From: Zestosphaera tikiterensis
Lineage (GTDB): Archaea; Thermoproteota; Thermoprotei_A; Sulfolobales; NBVN01
DNA length: 32,000 nucleotides
Assembly (NCBI GenBank): GCA_003056265.1
Contig: NBVN01000003.1
Location: forward strand, 60,001-92,000
Direction of reading: 5' to 3'
Within the stretch, counting starts at the first letter, position 1; each line of letters opens with the position of its first letter. The notes beneath the pieces are model-generated. The model searched no databases. It saw only the letters and a list, made by a program, of their open reading frames with translations, and was not told the DNA's origin. Both the position numbers and the translations under genes were made by a program. Positions 7,924-17,100 of this stretch are shown piece after piece.

Positions 7924-9954
7924 ATGCATGTCACACGTTTAAGTGTTTTAATCTCAATCTTTATTGTGGTGGTTGGAGTGCGTAAGGTCTTTCATGAGTT
8001 AGTAAGCCCCTATGAAGTTGTTAAGGTTGTTTCCGGTTTCGTTGATTTGAAGCCTTTAGGTGTTGAGGTCGTTAGTTTAAGGGACGGTTATGGGAGGGTT
8101 TTAGCTGAGGATGTCTATGCCTTAAGCGATTACCCACCTTTCGATAGGTCTGAAGTGGATGGTTACGCCGTAAATTCCGATTCTTTAGTTGGTGTTGAGG
8201 AAGATTCCCCAGCTAAGTTGCGGGTTAAAGGTTCTGTGAAGGTAGGTGAGAAACCGCAGGGTGAGGTTTCGATAGGTGAGGCTTTAGAGATAGATACTGG
8301 GGCTGCCTTACCTCGAGGTGCCGACTCCGTAGTTATGGTGGAGTACACTAAGAGGGTTGGTGAGTATGTCTACGTATATGCCTCAACCCATTCCGGCGAG
8401 AACGTAGTTAGGGCTGGGTCGGACGTTATGAAAGGTGAGTTACTGCTTCGTAGGGGTACTGTGTTAAGAGGGTTTGAACTCGCTACTTTAGCGGCTGCTG
8501 GCGTGGGGAGGGTTAAGGTCTACTTGAAGCCTAAGGTTGGTGTTGTCTCTATAGGTTCGGAACTCGTAGATGTTGAGGAGGACTACCTACCTGACTTTAA
8601 GATTTACGAAATTAACTCATTCAACATCATCGCCTCGTTGAATGAGTTGGGAGTTTCAAGTAGATACTACGGTATTGTACCGGATGATTACAACTTAATT
8701 AAGGAGGTTTTAAGTAAGGCGTTAAGTGAGAACGACTTAGTCATTACTTCAGGGGGGACTTCAGCTGGGTTGGCAGACCTAACCTACAGAGTCTTCAACG
8801 ATTTAGGCGAGCCCGGCGTCATCATACACGGGCTTAAGATAAAGCCCGGTAAACCCACTATAGTAGCTGTAGTTAATGGGAAGCTACTTCTGGGCTTGCC
8901 CGGCTTCCCCCTATCCTCAGCCATGGTTTTTAGGTTGGTAGCAACCCCTATAATAGCGAAGTTGGTTGGAATCTCCGAAAGCGTTATCGCCTCTACGAAG
9001 GTGAAGGCGAAGCTAGCTTCAAGAACTTTAGGGAGTAAGGGTAAGGTGTCTCTAGTGCCTGTGGCTTTAATAAGGAGGGGTGATGGGTTGAGAGCATACC
9101 CTATACAAACACCTTCAGGATCTATTAAAACTCTCACATATGCGGATGGATTTATAGAGATTTCTGAAGATGCTTGGATTGTGGAGGAGGGGGTTGAAGT
9201 TGATGTAAACTTATTTAAGAGTTTCTGGCAACCTCCGGAGATCGTGTTTATAGGCAGTCATGACTACTTAATTGAAGAGTTAGTAAATTCAGTAACGTTA
9301 GGTAAGAACTACAAGTTGATAAACGTCGGTTCGTTAGCTGGGTTGATAGCTGTTGGGAAGGGTGAAGCAGACATTGCTGGGTCGCACATACTGGATGAAG
9401 CCACCGGAGAATATAACGTAACCTTAATTGAGAAGTTGGGGTTGAGAAACAACGTAGTGGTTGTTAGAGGTTGGGTGCGTGAGGTTGGTTTCATCGTTCC
9501 TAAAGGAAACCCTAAGAACATCACCTCGTTTAAGGACCTACTGCGTGATGACGTCATATTCGTGAATAGAACTAAAGGTTCCGGAATAAGATCCTTAATC
9601 GATATTAAATTAAGAGAGCTAGCTAAAAACTTAGGGGTAAGTTTCAACGACTTAGTCAAGAAGGTTAGGGGGTATTTCAACGAAGCTAAAACGCATACAG
9701 GCGTTGCCGCTTCAGTAGCTCAGGGTCGGGCGGACGTAGGCGTCGGCATAAAACATGCGGCATATCTGTATAACTTAGACTTCATAAAAATCGGTGAGGA
9801 AGTATATGATATAGTGATACATAGGGAAAGCCTAAATAAAGAGGTAGTGTCTAAAATCATTGGTATCCTACGTAGTAGTGAGTTTGAAGACCTTATCAAG
9901 AAATACGTAGGTTATAAAAAACATTTAAAGACCGGCGATGTGATTTACGAGTAA
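7924..9954 (+). CDS. moeA: Molybdopterin molybdenum/tungsten transferase MoeA fused to a C-terminal periplasmic-binding-protein-like domain
   Basis: MoeA motifs LVITSGGTSAG, LKIKPGKPT and LGLPGFPLSS. About 235 extra C-terminal aa (from ~PPEIVFIGSHD...) have a PBP-like alpha/beta pattern. The true start may be GTG 7978 (VRKVFHELVSPYEVV...), because the first 18 codons are hydrophobic and overlap promoter-like AT-rich DNA. Confidence 0.8.
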   Translation: MHVTRLSVLISIFIVVVGVRKVFHELVSPYEVVKVVSGFVDLKPLGVEVVSLRDGYGRVLAEDVYALSDYPPFDRSEVDGYAVNSDSLVGVEEDSPAKLRVKGSVKVGEKPQGEVSIGEALEIDTGAALPRGADSVVMVEYTKRVGEYVYVYASTHSGENVVRAGSDVMKGELLLRRGTVLRGFELATLAAAGVGRVKVYLKPKVGVVSIGSELVDVEEDYLPDFKIYEINSFNIIASLNELGVSSRYYGIVPDDYNLIKEVLSKALSENDLVITSGGTSAGLADLTYRVFNDLGEPGVIIHGLKIKPGKPTIVAVVNGKLLLGLPGFPLSSAMVFRLVATPIIAKLVGISESVIASTKVKAKLASRTLGSKGKVSLVPVALIRRGDGLRAYPIQTPSGSIKTLTYADGFIEISEDAWIVEEGVEVDVNLFKSFWQPPEIVFIGSHDYLIEELVNSVTLGKNYKLINVGSLAGLIAVGKGEADIAGSHILDEATGEYNVTLIEKLGLRNNVVVVRGWVREVGFIVPKGNPKNITSFKDLLRDDVIFVNRTKGSGIRSLIDIKLRELAKNLGVSFNDLVKKVRGYFNEAKTHTGVAASVAQGRADVGVGIKHAAYLYNLDFIKIGEEVYDIVIHRESLNKEVVSKIIGILRSSEFEDLIKKYVGYKKHLKTGDVIYE

Positions 9955-9985
9955 ATACGTTAAGTTATAAAGTAAATTAACAAAC

Positions 9986-10381
9986 TCAAACATGTTTAGG
10001 AGAGAGCTCGGTAGATATTCCAGCGATTTTAAACCCTTCCCTTTCTAAAGCTTCTGTTAACTGCTTCATAGCGTTAGAATCTAATACACCGACCGTGACA
10101 GAGCATCTGTCAGGACTTGGAAAGCATTTAAGCATCTTTACCTCAACCCCGTTTTCAAGCACTATGTTAACGATTTTAGCTACGTCCTCAGCTTTGTTAA
10201 GAATGATGTCTACGTTTACGAGTATCTCGCCGGAGGACGTTATAGGTTTGATCACAAGCTTCCTATCGGCTTGATCTAGCTCTATCTCAACAAACGACCG
10301 TGGTTCTAAACCTAAAGCTTCCCTCATTACCTGAGGTATAACGACCCTACCTCTTGAGTCAACCTTAACTATAAATTTCAT
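9986..10381 (-). CDS. AbrB/SpoVT-domain DNA-binding protein with a C-terminal alpha/beta domain
   Basis: MKFIVKVDSRGRVVIPQVMREALGL is the looped-hinge-helix signature. ATG 10381 is preferred over the track's GTG 10387. Confidence 0.65.
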   Translation of the reverse strand: MKFIVKVDSRGRVVIPQVMREALGLEPRSFVEIELDQADRKLVIKPITSSGEILVNVDIILNKAEDVAKIVNIVLENGVEVKMLKCFPSPDRCSVTVGVLDSNAMKQLTEALEREGFKIAGISTELSPKHV

Positions 10382-10452
10382 CTTCACACCAAGTATGTTA
10401 AGGTTGAGCGTTTAATATTTTTGAAAGCATGGGGAATCTCGTTTTAATGAGC

Positions 10453-11166
10453 TTATATAAACGCATGTCTATTCCTATAGAAAGTTACGGCCGCGTAGGT
10501 TATGAGGATTACCTCAGCAACACCTAAAGCTAGGATTAAGGCAACTACTAAAGTAGCTAATTCAAGCGTTATGTTAAGTATGGAGGCTACGCTAACTAAC
10601 TCCTCAGGTGTTGTTAAAGCGTAAAACCCATATCTAACGGCTATGAACCCCATCACTAAAGGTATGGGTGTAGTAACGTAAACAAACGTTAACCCTAAAG
10701 CTCTCCTCTTCCTTACGTTGAAAACAGATAGCAGTACAGGAATTACTAAGATTAACGCCGTAATAGCGAATTGAGGGCCGAAAAACCCGGAAAGTATGAA
10801 GAAATCTATCATACCGTAAAGGTATGCTCTATAAGCCTTCCTAACTGATGAGAGTCTACCTGTAAAGTCGTAGACAGCCGTTCTGGAAAACCTAAGAAAT
10901 TCATTCAACTCTTTAAGGAAATCGCCGAAGTTATCCTTCCTTAAACTACTTACTTTCCTCTTAAGGTCCTCGCTTCTGCTGTTTAAAAACTTAGCTAGCT
11001 CTTCATTATCTACTGTAATCTCCTTAATGATTATGTTTAAGTTGTTACGTATCTCATCTACTTTACCAAAGGTCTTACCACGTATTTCCTCAGGTGCTTT
11101 ACTTAACGCTTGTGAAACCGCTTCTATATTTTTAACACATTCCTGAAGAAACTCTAAACTCTTCAA
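10453..11166 (-). CDS. Hypothetical membrane protein (N-terminal coiled-coil-like region plus about 4 TM helices)
   Basis: The ORF is long and not a shadow of another gene. It has a charged helical N-terminal half and a hydrophobic C-terminal half. It starts at TTG and no family was recognised. Confidence 0.5.
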   Translation of the reverse strand: MKSLEFLQECVKNIEAVSQALSKAPEEIRGKTFGKVDEIRNNLNIIIKEITVDNEELAKFLNSRSEDLKRKVSSLRKDNFGDFLKELNEFLRFSRTAVYDFTGRLSSVRKAYRAYLYGMIDFFILSGFFGPQFAITALILVIPVLLSVFNVRKRRALGLTFVYVTTPIPLVMGFIAVRYGFYALTTPEELVSVASILNITLELATLVVALILALGVAEVILITYAAVTFYRNRHAFI

Positions 11167-11240
11167 CTTTAAATACCTCTTTAATCTTCTATAACTTCAT
11201 ATTTAAAAATATTGGGAAGTTAAGCTTTTCAACTAAAAAA

Positions 11241-11348
11241 TCAGCTCTTCCCTTTATTCGATTTCAGGAGTTTTGTAAGTGACCACGCAGTTAAACCGAG
11301 GATAAACCCCCACGAAATTAGAAGGAATGTTAAAGCCCCTAAATCCAT
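11241..11348 (-). CDS. 35-aa single-TM micro-protein, candidate small subunit of the adjacent NSS transporter (MetS-like)
   Basis: Not in the supplied track because it is under 60 aa. ATG 11348 lies 1 nt after the transporter stop (TAA 11350-11352). It translates to MDLGALTFLLISWGFILGLTAWSLTKLLKSNKGKS, one TM helix plus a basic tail. Confidence 0.5.
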   Translation of the reverse strand: MDLGALTFLLISWGFILGLTAWSLTKLLKSNKGKS

Positions 11349-11349
11349 G

Positions 11350-12939
11350 TTAATCACCTGCGACGACTATCTTTCTATTCTGTTTTAGTTCCTCACCGTA
11401 CTTCCTCCTTATGGAGTAGTAGGTTTCTAAAGCTCCGATTATTAGAATAGCTATCATCGCTACCCTAGCCCAAGTCACTATAGGCACTGAGTCCGGATAA
11501 CTCCCTCCTAGAACTTCCTCAACGTAGGTTTTGGATGCTGTGAAAGCACCCATGTTGTAGTAATCGTATGTAGTTCCAGCGAGTAATAACGCTATATAGA
11601 TCGGTGTTGCGATGAGTAATATATACTTAAAGAATGTCGGCACGTTAATGTAAGCTCCTCTATGTAGCTCGTCCCATAGGTTCTTAGGTTTGAACAACCA
11701 AACCGCCACTATGATGTCGAATAACCCCAGCAGGACTAAGAAGTAGGATCCAACCCAATTATCTAATTCGCTAAGATATACTAGAGTACCGTCGAGAGCT
11801 ACCGGCAGACCTAGGAGTAGGTAGAGTATGAAGACTATCACGGCTGCTAACGTCCTCTTTATATGTAGGTCTTCCTCAAGAAGGGCTACTAAGTAGTTAT
11901 ACATAGCTATAGCTGACGTAAACCCTGCGAAGAAGAGCAGTAGAAACCACATACTCCCAAATAATCTTCCCGCCTCACCCATAGCTGTAAATACGTTGGG
12001 TAGTGACATGTAAGCTAGCCCAACACCACCTTTAATGGCTTGCTCCGGCCCTAAGTAAGCGAAAGCTATAGGTATAGCTAGGGAACCGCCTAAAACCACC
12101 TCCGCAAACTCGTTGAGTGAGACCGTCGCTAAACCCGATAGGGCTATGTCGTCATCTTTACCTACGTAGGACGCGTAGTTTTGAATTATGCCCATACCCA
12201 AGCTTAAAGTAAAGAATATCTGTCCTGCGGCAGCTAATGAAATCCTAAAGAAGTTCTGACTTAACGTGTTGAAGTCGGGCTTCCAGATATACTCTAAACC
12301 AGCTAGAGAACTCCATTCAGGCTTAACCGGAGACCCTAACGTTAAAGACCTAGCTACGAGCACTACAGCGAAGACATACAGTAAAGGCATCATAACCTTA
12401 TTCCAAGCCTCTATACCTTTAGCAACACCCCTAGACGTCGCGATCGCAAGTAAAACTACAGCTAAACCCCAAGAAGCTAAAACCGCAGTTAAGTTGTTGA
12501 CGTGATTGATGAAGAAAGCTACGGTGTTCTGCCCATAGTAAGCCCCTGTAGCGCTGTAGTATGTGTAGGCTACAGACCAACCAACTACGTGTAGATAGTA
12601 CGAGTTAAGTAAGGTAGTCACGGAGAACGCTAACATACCGCCTATGATGCCGAAGATTAAAGCAGTCCTTGGTTTAACGCTCTCCCTACTCATTAAGTAG
12701 AACGTAGGCCCTAAAACACCGTGCCCATACTTACCTCCAAACCTCCCTGTGACCCACTCAACCCACATTATAGGTATGCCGAGCAACAGCAACGCTATAA
12801 AATACGGTATCATAAAAGCGCCTCCACCGTTTTTAGCTAGCTGGTAAGGAAACCTCCAGAAGTTACCTAAACCTACGGCATTACCTGCCATAGCCAGTAT
12901 TAAACCTAACTTAGTGGCCCAACGCTCCCTACCCTCCAT
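11350..12939 (-). CDS. Sodium-dependent transporter, neurotransmitter:sodium symporter (NSS/SNF) family
   Basis: Signature GNAVGLGNFWRFPY near the N-terminus and about 12 TM helices. ATG 12939 follows GGAGGTG. The track's GTG 12948 is part of that SD. Confidence 0.9.
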   Translation of the reverse strand: MEGRERWATKLGLILAMAGNAVGLGNFWRFPYQLAKNGGGAFMIPYFIALLLLGIPIMWVEWVTGRFGGKYGHGVLGPTFYLMSRESVKPRTALIFGIIGGMLAFSVTTLLNSYYLHVVGWSVAYTYYSATGAYYGQNTVAFFINHVNNLTAVLASWGLAVVLLAIATSRGVAKGIEAWNKVMMPLLYVFAVVLVARSLTLGSPVKPEWSSLAGLEYIWKPDFNTLSQNFFRISLAAAGQIFFTLSLGMGIIQNYASYVGKDDDIALSGLATVSLNEFAEVVLGGSLAIPIAFAYLGPEQAIKGGVGLAYMSLPNVFTAMGEAGRLFGSMWFLLLFFAGFTSAIAMYNYLVALLEEDLHIKRTLAAVIVFILYLLLGLPVALDGTLVYLSELDNWVGSYFLVLLGLFDIIVAVWLFKPKNLWDELHRGAYINVPTFFKYILLIATPIYIALLLAGTTYDYYNMGAFTASKTYVEEVLGGSYPDSVPIVTWARVAMIAILIIGALETYYSIRRKYGEELKQNRKIVVAGD

Positions 12940-13203
12940 TAAAAACACCTCCTCTTGAAACTTGAAATAGGTAACTTACTATATCCTTATATTCTTTACG
13001 CGTTAATGAAGATTTTAATTTGTTTTAATAAGTTAAACAATAAATATTACATACACGTACTCGAATCCAATAAAAATAATTTGACTTTAAGAGAAAAATT
13101 GAAAATTTTATATAAATTGGATTTTACTTTAAACTAAAATTCCAGTAAATCCTATGCAAATACTTACGTTACATCATCGAATATTTTCATGGCGTGAGGG
13201 TTT

Positions 13204-13316
13204 TGGCGCCGGGGGCGGGATTTGAACCCGCGCGCCCCAGAGGGGCAGTGGGTCTCACGTAGTGTTTTGCCGGATTGACTCGAGCCCACCCCCTTAGACC
13301 GCTCGGGCACCCCGGC
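13204..13316 (-). tRNA. tRNA-Ser (anticodon CGA) with a ~25-nt intron at the canonical 37/38 position (about 13254-13278); CCA encoded
   Basis: Reverse complement: GCCGGGG/TG/CCC-GAGCGGTCTAA-GGG/G/GTGGG-CTCGAG[TCAATCCGGCAAAACACTACGTGAG]A-CCCAC, then a long variable arm (TGCCCCTCTGGGGC..), then GCGGG-TTCAAAT-CCCGC/CCCCGGC/G/CCA. The class-II variable arm and G73 discriminator fit Ser. Confidence 0.9.
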
Positions 13317-13389
13317 CATTTTAAACTAGTTATTGAGGTAATATAAGTTATAATAATTAGACGTGTTGATTTGATTATTTTATTAAATG

Positions 13390-13394
13390 AAAAA
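13390..13394 (-). terminator. T5 tract 5 nt downstream of the rps10 stop
   Basis: The minus strand reads TAA-agctg-TTTTT. This is an oligo-T archaeal terminator candidate ending the tuf-rps10 unit. Confidence 0.4.
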
Positions 13395-13399
13395 CAGCT

Positions 13400-13711
13400 T
13401 TACCTAACTAACTCAACTTCTATGTAGACGTCGTCGGGTATTTTAATACGCATTATTTGCCTCATTACTCTCTCGTCGGCGTCTATATCTATCAACCTTT
13501 TATGTATTCTCATCTGCCATTTCTCATATACTTTCGTTCCCTCACCGTGTGGCAGTCTTAACACAGGCACCGTCAACCTCTTCGTAGGTAGAGGTACGGG
13601 ACCTCTAACGTTTACGCCGGCTTTACTGGCTATCTGAACTAGTTGCTGGGTTACCTCGCTTAAGTGGTCGATGTTGGTACTCCAAAGCCTTATCCTTACT
13701 CTTGATGACAT
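13400..13711 (-). CDS. rps10: 30S ribosomal protein S10 (uS10)
   Basis: RIRLWSTN...[10 protein letters not shown]...KRLIDI pattern, in the position after tuf. ATG 13711 is preferred over TTG 13717. Confidence 0.9.
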   Translation of the reverse strand: MSSRVRIRLWSTNIDHLSEVTQQLVQIASKAGVNVRGPVPLPTKRLTVPVLRLPHGEGTKVYEKWQMRIHKRLIDIDADERVMRQIMRIKIPDDVYIEVELVR

Positions 13712-13730
13712 CAACAATACCCTACTTTCG

Positions 13731-15044
13731 TTACTTCTTCTCAGCTTTAGCTGGGACTACATCCATTACTACGCCGATACCTATCGTCTTACCCATGTCC
13801 CTCATTGCGAACCTTCCTAGTTGCGGTAAGTCGCTGAACTTCTCTAAGACCATCGATTTAATCGGCTTGAACTTCATTATAGCTGATTCACCGGCTTTAA
13901 TGAATTGCGGGTTCTTCTCAGCTATTTGACCGGTTTTAGGATCTAACTTACCGATTATCTCCGTGATTTTAGCAGCTACTGAAGCTGTATGTGCGTGAAG
14001 TACTGGCGTATAACCTACATGTATAGCTGTTGGGTGGAAGACCACGTAAACCCTCGCCGTAAATTCCTCAACTACCGTGGGTGGGTTCTGCGGGTGGCCA
14101 GCAACGTCACCTCTCTTTATGTCTGTCTTGCTAACACCCCTCACGTTAAATCCTATGTTGTCTCCCGGCAGTGCTTCATCAAGCTTCTCATGATGCATCT
14201 CTATAGATTTAACCTCGCCGGACACTCCAGGAGGCATGAACACTACCGTATCGCCAACCCTAAGCCTTCCGGTCTCAACCCTTCCCACAGGAACGGTGCC
14301 GACGCCGGTTATGGAGTATACCTCTTGAATCGGTATGCGTAAGGGTTTCTCAACGGGTTTAGGTGGTGGTTGTACAGAGTCTAAAGCCTCAACTAACGTT
14401 GGTCCGTTATACCAAGGCATGTTAGGTGATCTCTCAACTAAGTTCTCGCCTAACCAACCGGATACAGGCACGAAAGGTATGTTATCGACTTTATAACCTA
14501 AGCCTCTCATGAACTTCTTTAACGTGTCAACGATCTTTAAGTACCTGTCTTTACTGTACGGCGGGTCCGTAATGTCCATCTTAGTTATAGCAACTACTAC
14601 CTGGTCTATACCCATAGTCTTAGCTAAGACTATATGCTCCATAGTTTGACCTTCCCTACTCATCCCAGCTTCGAACTCACCGGACTTAGCTGAGACCACT
14701 ATTAAAGCTACGTCTGCTTGGCTAGCGCCTGTAATCATGTTCTTAACGAAGTCTCTATGTCCTGGCGCGTCAATTATAGTCCAGTAGTACTTAGGTGTTT
14801 CGAACTTCATGAAGCTTAAAGCTATTGTTAAACCTCTCTCACGCTCTTCTTTAAGCCTGTCTAAGAACCAAGCGTATTTCTCAGATTCCTTACCGGCTTT
14901 CTTAGCAGCTTCCTCAACCTCTTTAACCATCTTAGGGTCTAAAGCACCTAACTTAAGCAACGTATGTCCTACTAAAGTGCTTTTACCGTGGTCTACGTGC
15001 CCTATCACTACCAGATTCAGGTGTTCTTTCTTAGGCCTACTCAC
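13731..15044 (-). CDS. tuf: Translation elongation factor aEF-1 alpha
   Basis: G motifs [17 protein letters not shown] and TKMD. 437 aa with a GTG start preceded by GGTGA. TTTTATAAGG TATA-like box at about 15081-15094 on the minus strand. Confidence 0.95.
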   Translation of the reverse strand: MSRPKKEHLNLVVIGHVDHGKSTLVGHTLLKLGALDPKMVKEVEEAAKKAGKESEKYAWFLDRLKEERERGLTIALSFMKFETPKYYWTIIDAPGHRDFVKNMITGASQADVALIVVSAKSGEFEAGMSREGQTMEHIVLAKTMGIDQVVVAITKMDITDPPYSKDRYLKIVDTLKKFMRGLGYKVDNIPFVPVSGWLGENLVERSPNMPWYNGPTLVEALDSVQPPPKPVEKPLRIPIQEVYSITGVGTVPVGRVETGRLRVGDTVVFMPPGVSGEVKSIEMHHEKLDEALPGDNIGFNVRGVSKTDIKRGDVAGHPQNPPTVVEEFTARVYVVFHPTAIHVGYTPVLHAHTASVAAKITEIIGKLDPKTGQIAEKNPQFIKAGESAIMKFKPIKSMVLEKFSDLPQLGRFAMRDMGKTIGIGVVMDVVPAKAEKK

Positions 15045-15123
15045 GTTCTCTCACCATCCTCATTTAGTTAGGTATGAGCACCTTATAAAATTTTACTCTA
15101 TCTTTTAAAAACTCTTTCTTTAA

Positions 15124-15720
15124 TTACCTCGAGCTCAGGGCTATTCTCTCAATCTCCTCCTTCTTAGAGATGGCGTAGCTCTTGGGGTCGTTATTAGCCG
15201 CGGCTATTATCTCCTCAGCCAAACACTCAGCAATGCTTTTAGCTGATCTGAAGGCGGCCTGCCTAGCACCATCGGTTATATGCCTTAACGCTAAGTCAAC
15301 ACGCCTTAAGGGCGCCACATCAACCGCGACATGATATATTATACCGCCGTAGATAATCCTAGTTGTTTCCTCTCTAGGACCTGAATTCTCAATAGCCCTA
15401 ACGAGGACTTGAATGGGGTTTGTCTTAGTTTTTAAGTAGATTATCTCGAAAGCGCGCTTAACGATGTTGTAAGCTAGGTGCTTCTTACCCGTGTTCCTCC
15501 CATGCTTCATCAATTGATTTATTAAGCGCTCAACTATAGGTACTTCAGACTTTCCAAACCTCCTGTGCTCATGCCTACCTCCGGTATGCGGTAGGTACAC
15601 AGGCCTTAAAGATATGTACTTCTTCAAGCTAGGGTCTCTAACCACTATATTCTCAAAACCCCAACGACCAAACACCTTTATATCAAGAGGCCTCACTTCA
15701 ACAGTTGCCTCACCTGACAT
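15124..15720 (-). CDS. rps7: 30S ribosomal protein S7 (uS7)
   Basis: Typical archaeal S7 sequence (…[17 protein letters not shown]…[10 protein letters not shown]…) and size. Confidence 0.9.
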   Translation of the reverse strand: MSGEATVEVRPLDIKVFGRWGFENIVVRDPSLKKYISLRPVYLPHTGGRHEHRRFGKSEVPIVERLINQLMKHGRNTGKKHLAYNIVKRAFEIIYLKTKTNPIQVLVRAIENSGPREETTRIIYGGIIYHVAVDVAPLRRVDLALRHITDGARQAAFRSAKSIAECLAEEIIAAANNDPKSYAISKKEEIERIALSSR

Positions 15721-15835
15721 CCTGACCGACCTAAGGTAATGATGCTGTTGAGCTTAATAAGATTTAAAACCGCATTAAAAGATTTAATTCCGTCGAAGTA
15801 TTCTAACGATTGGTAACGTAAGGGAGGTAGGATAG

Positions 15836-16375
15836 TTGAAGAGGAACTCCACCATCAAGCAGAGAGGAAGGCTTCTTAAAGTAGTTGACGTAGAACCTAT
15901 AACGACTTACAACCCCAGCATCGATTTAGAGATGCCGGCACTTAATTGCTACTTAGAAAATGGCGAGACATTCACGCTTTATAACGTTCCGTTTGACATA
16001 GCTAAGGCTATAACAGCCCTTAGAAGTTCTTACGCGGAAATAGACGTTGAGGGGGATGACTCCTTCGACGGGAGGGGGACTATATATGACGTGATGATAA
16101 TGTTCTCACCTAGGCTTACAGAACTCCATAACTCAATAAAGAGGGTTGTCATAGATTCTTACGACGTTGGCAAAGGTGTATACAGCGCCAGCCTATATCT
16201 AGAGGTTGATAACTTAACAGTTAAGAAGACTTTAATACCTAGCCACGCTTTATTCCTAGCTATGTTATTTAAGAAGCCTGTCTTCGTAACCGAGGAAGTT
16301 CTTGAAATATCTAAAGAACTTGGCGATGAGTTTTTCGGAGAGTCGGACGACGAAACAACTTTTAAGGACGTTTAA
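15836..16375 (+). CDS. Hypothetical protein with a divergent bifunctional-nuclease (BFN/DUF151)-like domain
   Basis: TTG start 7 nt after GGAGGT (15823-15828). By eye it aligns to the BFN layout: ETFTLYNVPFDIAKAITAL / RGTIYDVMIMF / IKRVVIDSYDVGKGVYSASLYLE / LIPSHALFLAMLFKKPVFVTEEVLE. The usual RP..HDL and RPSDA residues are replaced. The tail is acidic. Confidence 0.55.
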   Translation: MKRNSTIKQRGRLLKVVDVEPITTYNPSIDLEMPALNCYLENGETFTLYNVPFDIAKAITALRSSYAEIDVEGDDSFDGRGTIYDVMIMFSPRLTELHNSIKRVVIDSYDVGKGVYSASLYLEVDNLTVKKTLIPSHALFLAMLFKKPVFVTEEVLEISKELGDEFFGESDDETTFKDV

Positions 16376-16384
16376 CCTTAAGAG

Positions 16385-16828
16385 CTACCTAACGGGCTTC
16401 TGCTTCTTACCCTTTAATAGAGCGTCTAAAGAAACGCCGTTAACCATTATGACTTTATACCTAACCCCCGGTAAGTCACCCATAGACTTACCTAAAGTAC
16501 CGCCTATACCCGCGATTATTACCTCATCGTGTTCGTCAATAAACGTAATGCCACCGTCTTGCGGGACGAACGCCGTAACTACCTTACCGTTTTTAACAAG
16601 CTGAACCCTAACACACTTACGCAGAGCTGAGTTAGGCTGTCTAGACTCAATACCAACCTTCTCTAGAACTATCCCTCTAGCCATTGGAGCACCTTCTAAC
16701 GGATCGTACTTCTCCTTAAGCTTAAGCATTCGTATCTTAAACTCTCTCTGACTCCACCTAAACTTCAGCCTTTTCAACCTAAGCTTCCTAGCGGCGTAAA
16801 GCCCTTTAGGTGCTTTACTTCCAGGCAC
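16385..16828 (-). CDS. rps12: 30S ribosomal protein S12 (uS12)
   Basis: [28 protein letters not shown] core. GTG start 7 nt after GGTGAT. Confidence 0.95.
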   Translation of the reverse strand: MPGSKAPKGLYAARKLRLKRLKFRWSQREFKIRMLKLKEKYDPLEGAPMARGIVLEKVGIESRQPNSALRKCVRVQLVKNGKVVTAFVPQDGGITFIDEHDEVIIAGIGGTLGKSMGDLPGVRYKVIMVNGVSLDALLKGKKQKPVR

Positions 16829-16873
16829 CGACTAATCACCACATGCTTGAGGCTCCATCTTTTAAGGCGGGGT

Positions 16874-16891
16874 AAAAGCTTATAAGCTTTT
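16874..16891. promoter_or_regulatory. Perfect 18-nt palindrome AAAAGCTTATAAGCTTTT: TATA/BRE-like element, candidate bidirectional promoter (rps12 on -, GC-rich block on +)
   Basis: Its centre lies about 54 nt upstream of the rps12 GTG and about 26 nt upstream of the G-rich block starting near 16909 on the + strand. Confidence 0.45.
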
Positions 16892-16908
16892 TGTAACTTT
16901 ATGTTTTT

Positions 16909-17100
16909 GGTGTTGGGTGTGGGCAACCGTAGCTTGGGATGAGACCCACACCTTCCCGGAGCTGACGGCGGGAGCTGATAGATGATGCGCCCCCGGTGAG
17001 GGGCTTCAGAGAAGTGATGGAAGCCCTAGAGGGAGAACCCCTCTTAAAAACAACAGGGGCCATCAGCACCTACAGCCTCGCTATTTATGAAAGTGGAGAA
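16909..17100 (+). ncRNA. Candidate structured RNA, family unassigned (GC-rich block A)
   Basis: About 62% GC over 16921-17040 (hand count 75/120) with G>C on the + strand. There are several 6-10 bp helices, a TATA-like box upstream and a T6 run downstream. No ORF longer than 30 aa. See findings. Confidence 0.35.

Noticed and set aside
8163-9680. Minus-strand ORFs 8163..8348, 8784..9137 and 9309..9680 inside moeA.
   Set aside because: They are antisense shadow ORFs within a gene that has clear family motifs. They show no independent signals.
13140-13203. GATGATGT motif (minus strand) just downstream of tRNA-Ser, identical to the C box of the 27103 sRNA.
   Set aside because: No CTGA D'/D boxes or C' box follow at the correct spacing.
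12949-13203. Very AT-rich 255-bp spacer containing ORF 12955..13137 (60 aa). I also considered it as a replication-origin-like region because of one TTCCAGT-like element.
   Set aside because: The ORF is low-complexity (N/K/I/L-rich), has no SD and lies in promoter-type DNA for the NSS transporter. There is only a single weak ORB-like half-site, no inverted ORB repeats and no adjacent cdc6/orc1.
13702-15108. Plus-strand ORFs 13702..13929, 13989..14342 and 14809..15108 inside tuf/rps10.
   Set aside because: They are antisense to EF-1 alpha and S10, which are unambiguous, so they are shadow ORFs.
16302-16604. 100-aa + strand ORF overlapping the end of the BFN-like gene and antisense to rps12.
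   Set aside because: It is out of frame with the BFN-like gene and antisense to a conserved r-protein gene, so it is a shadow ORF.
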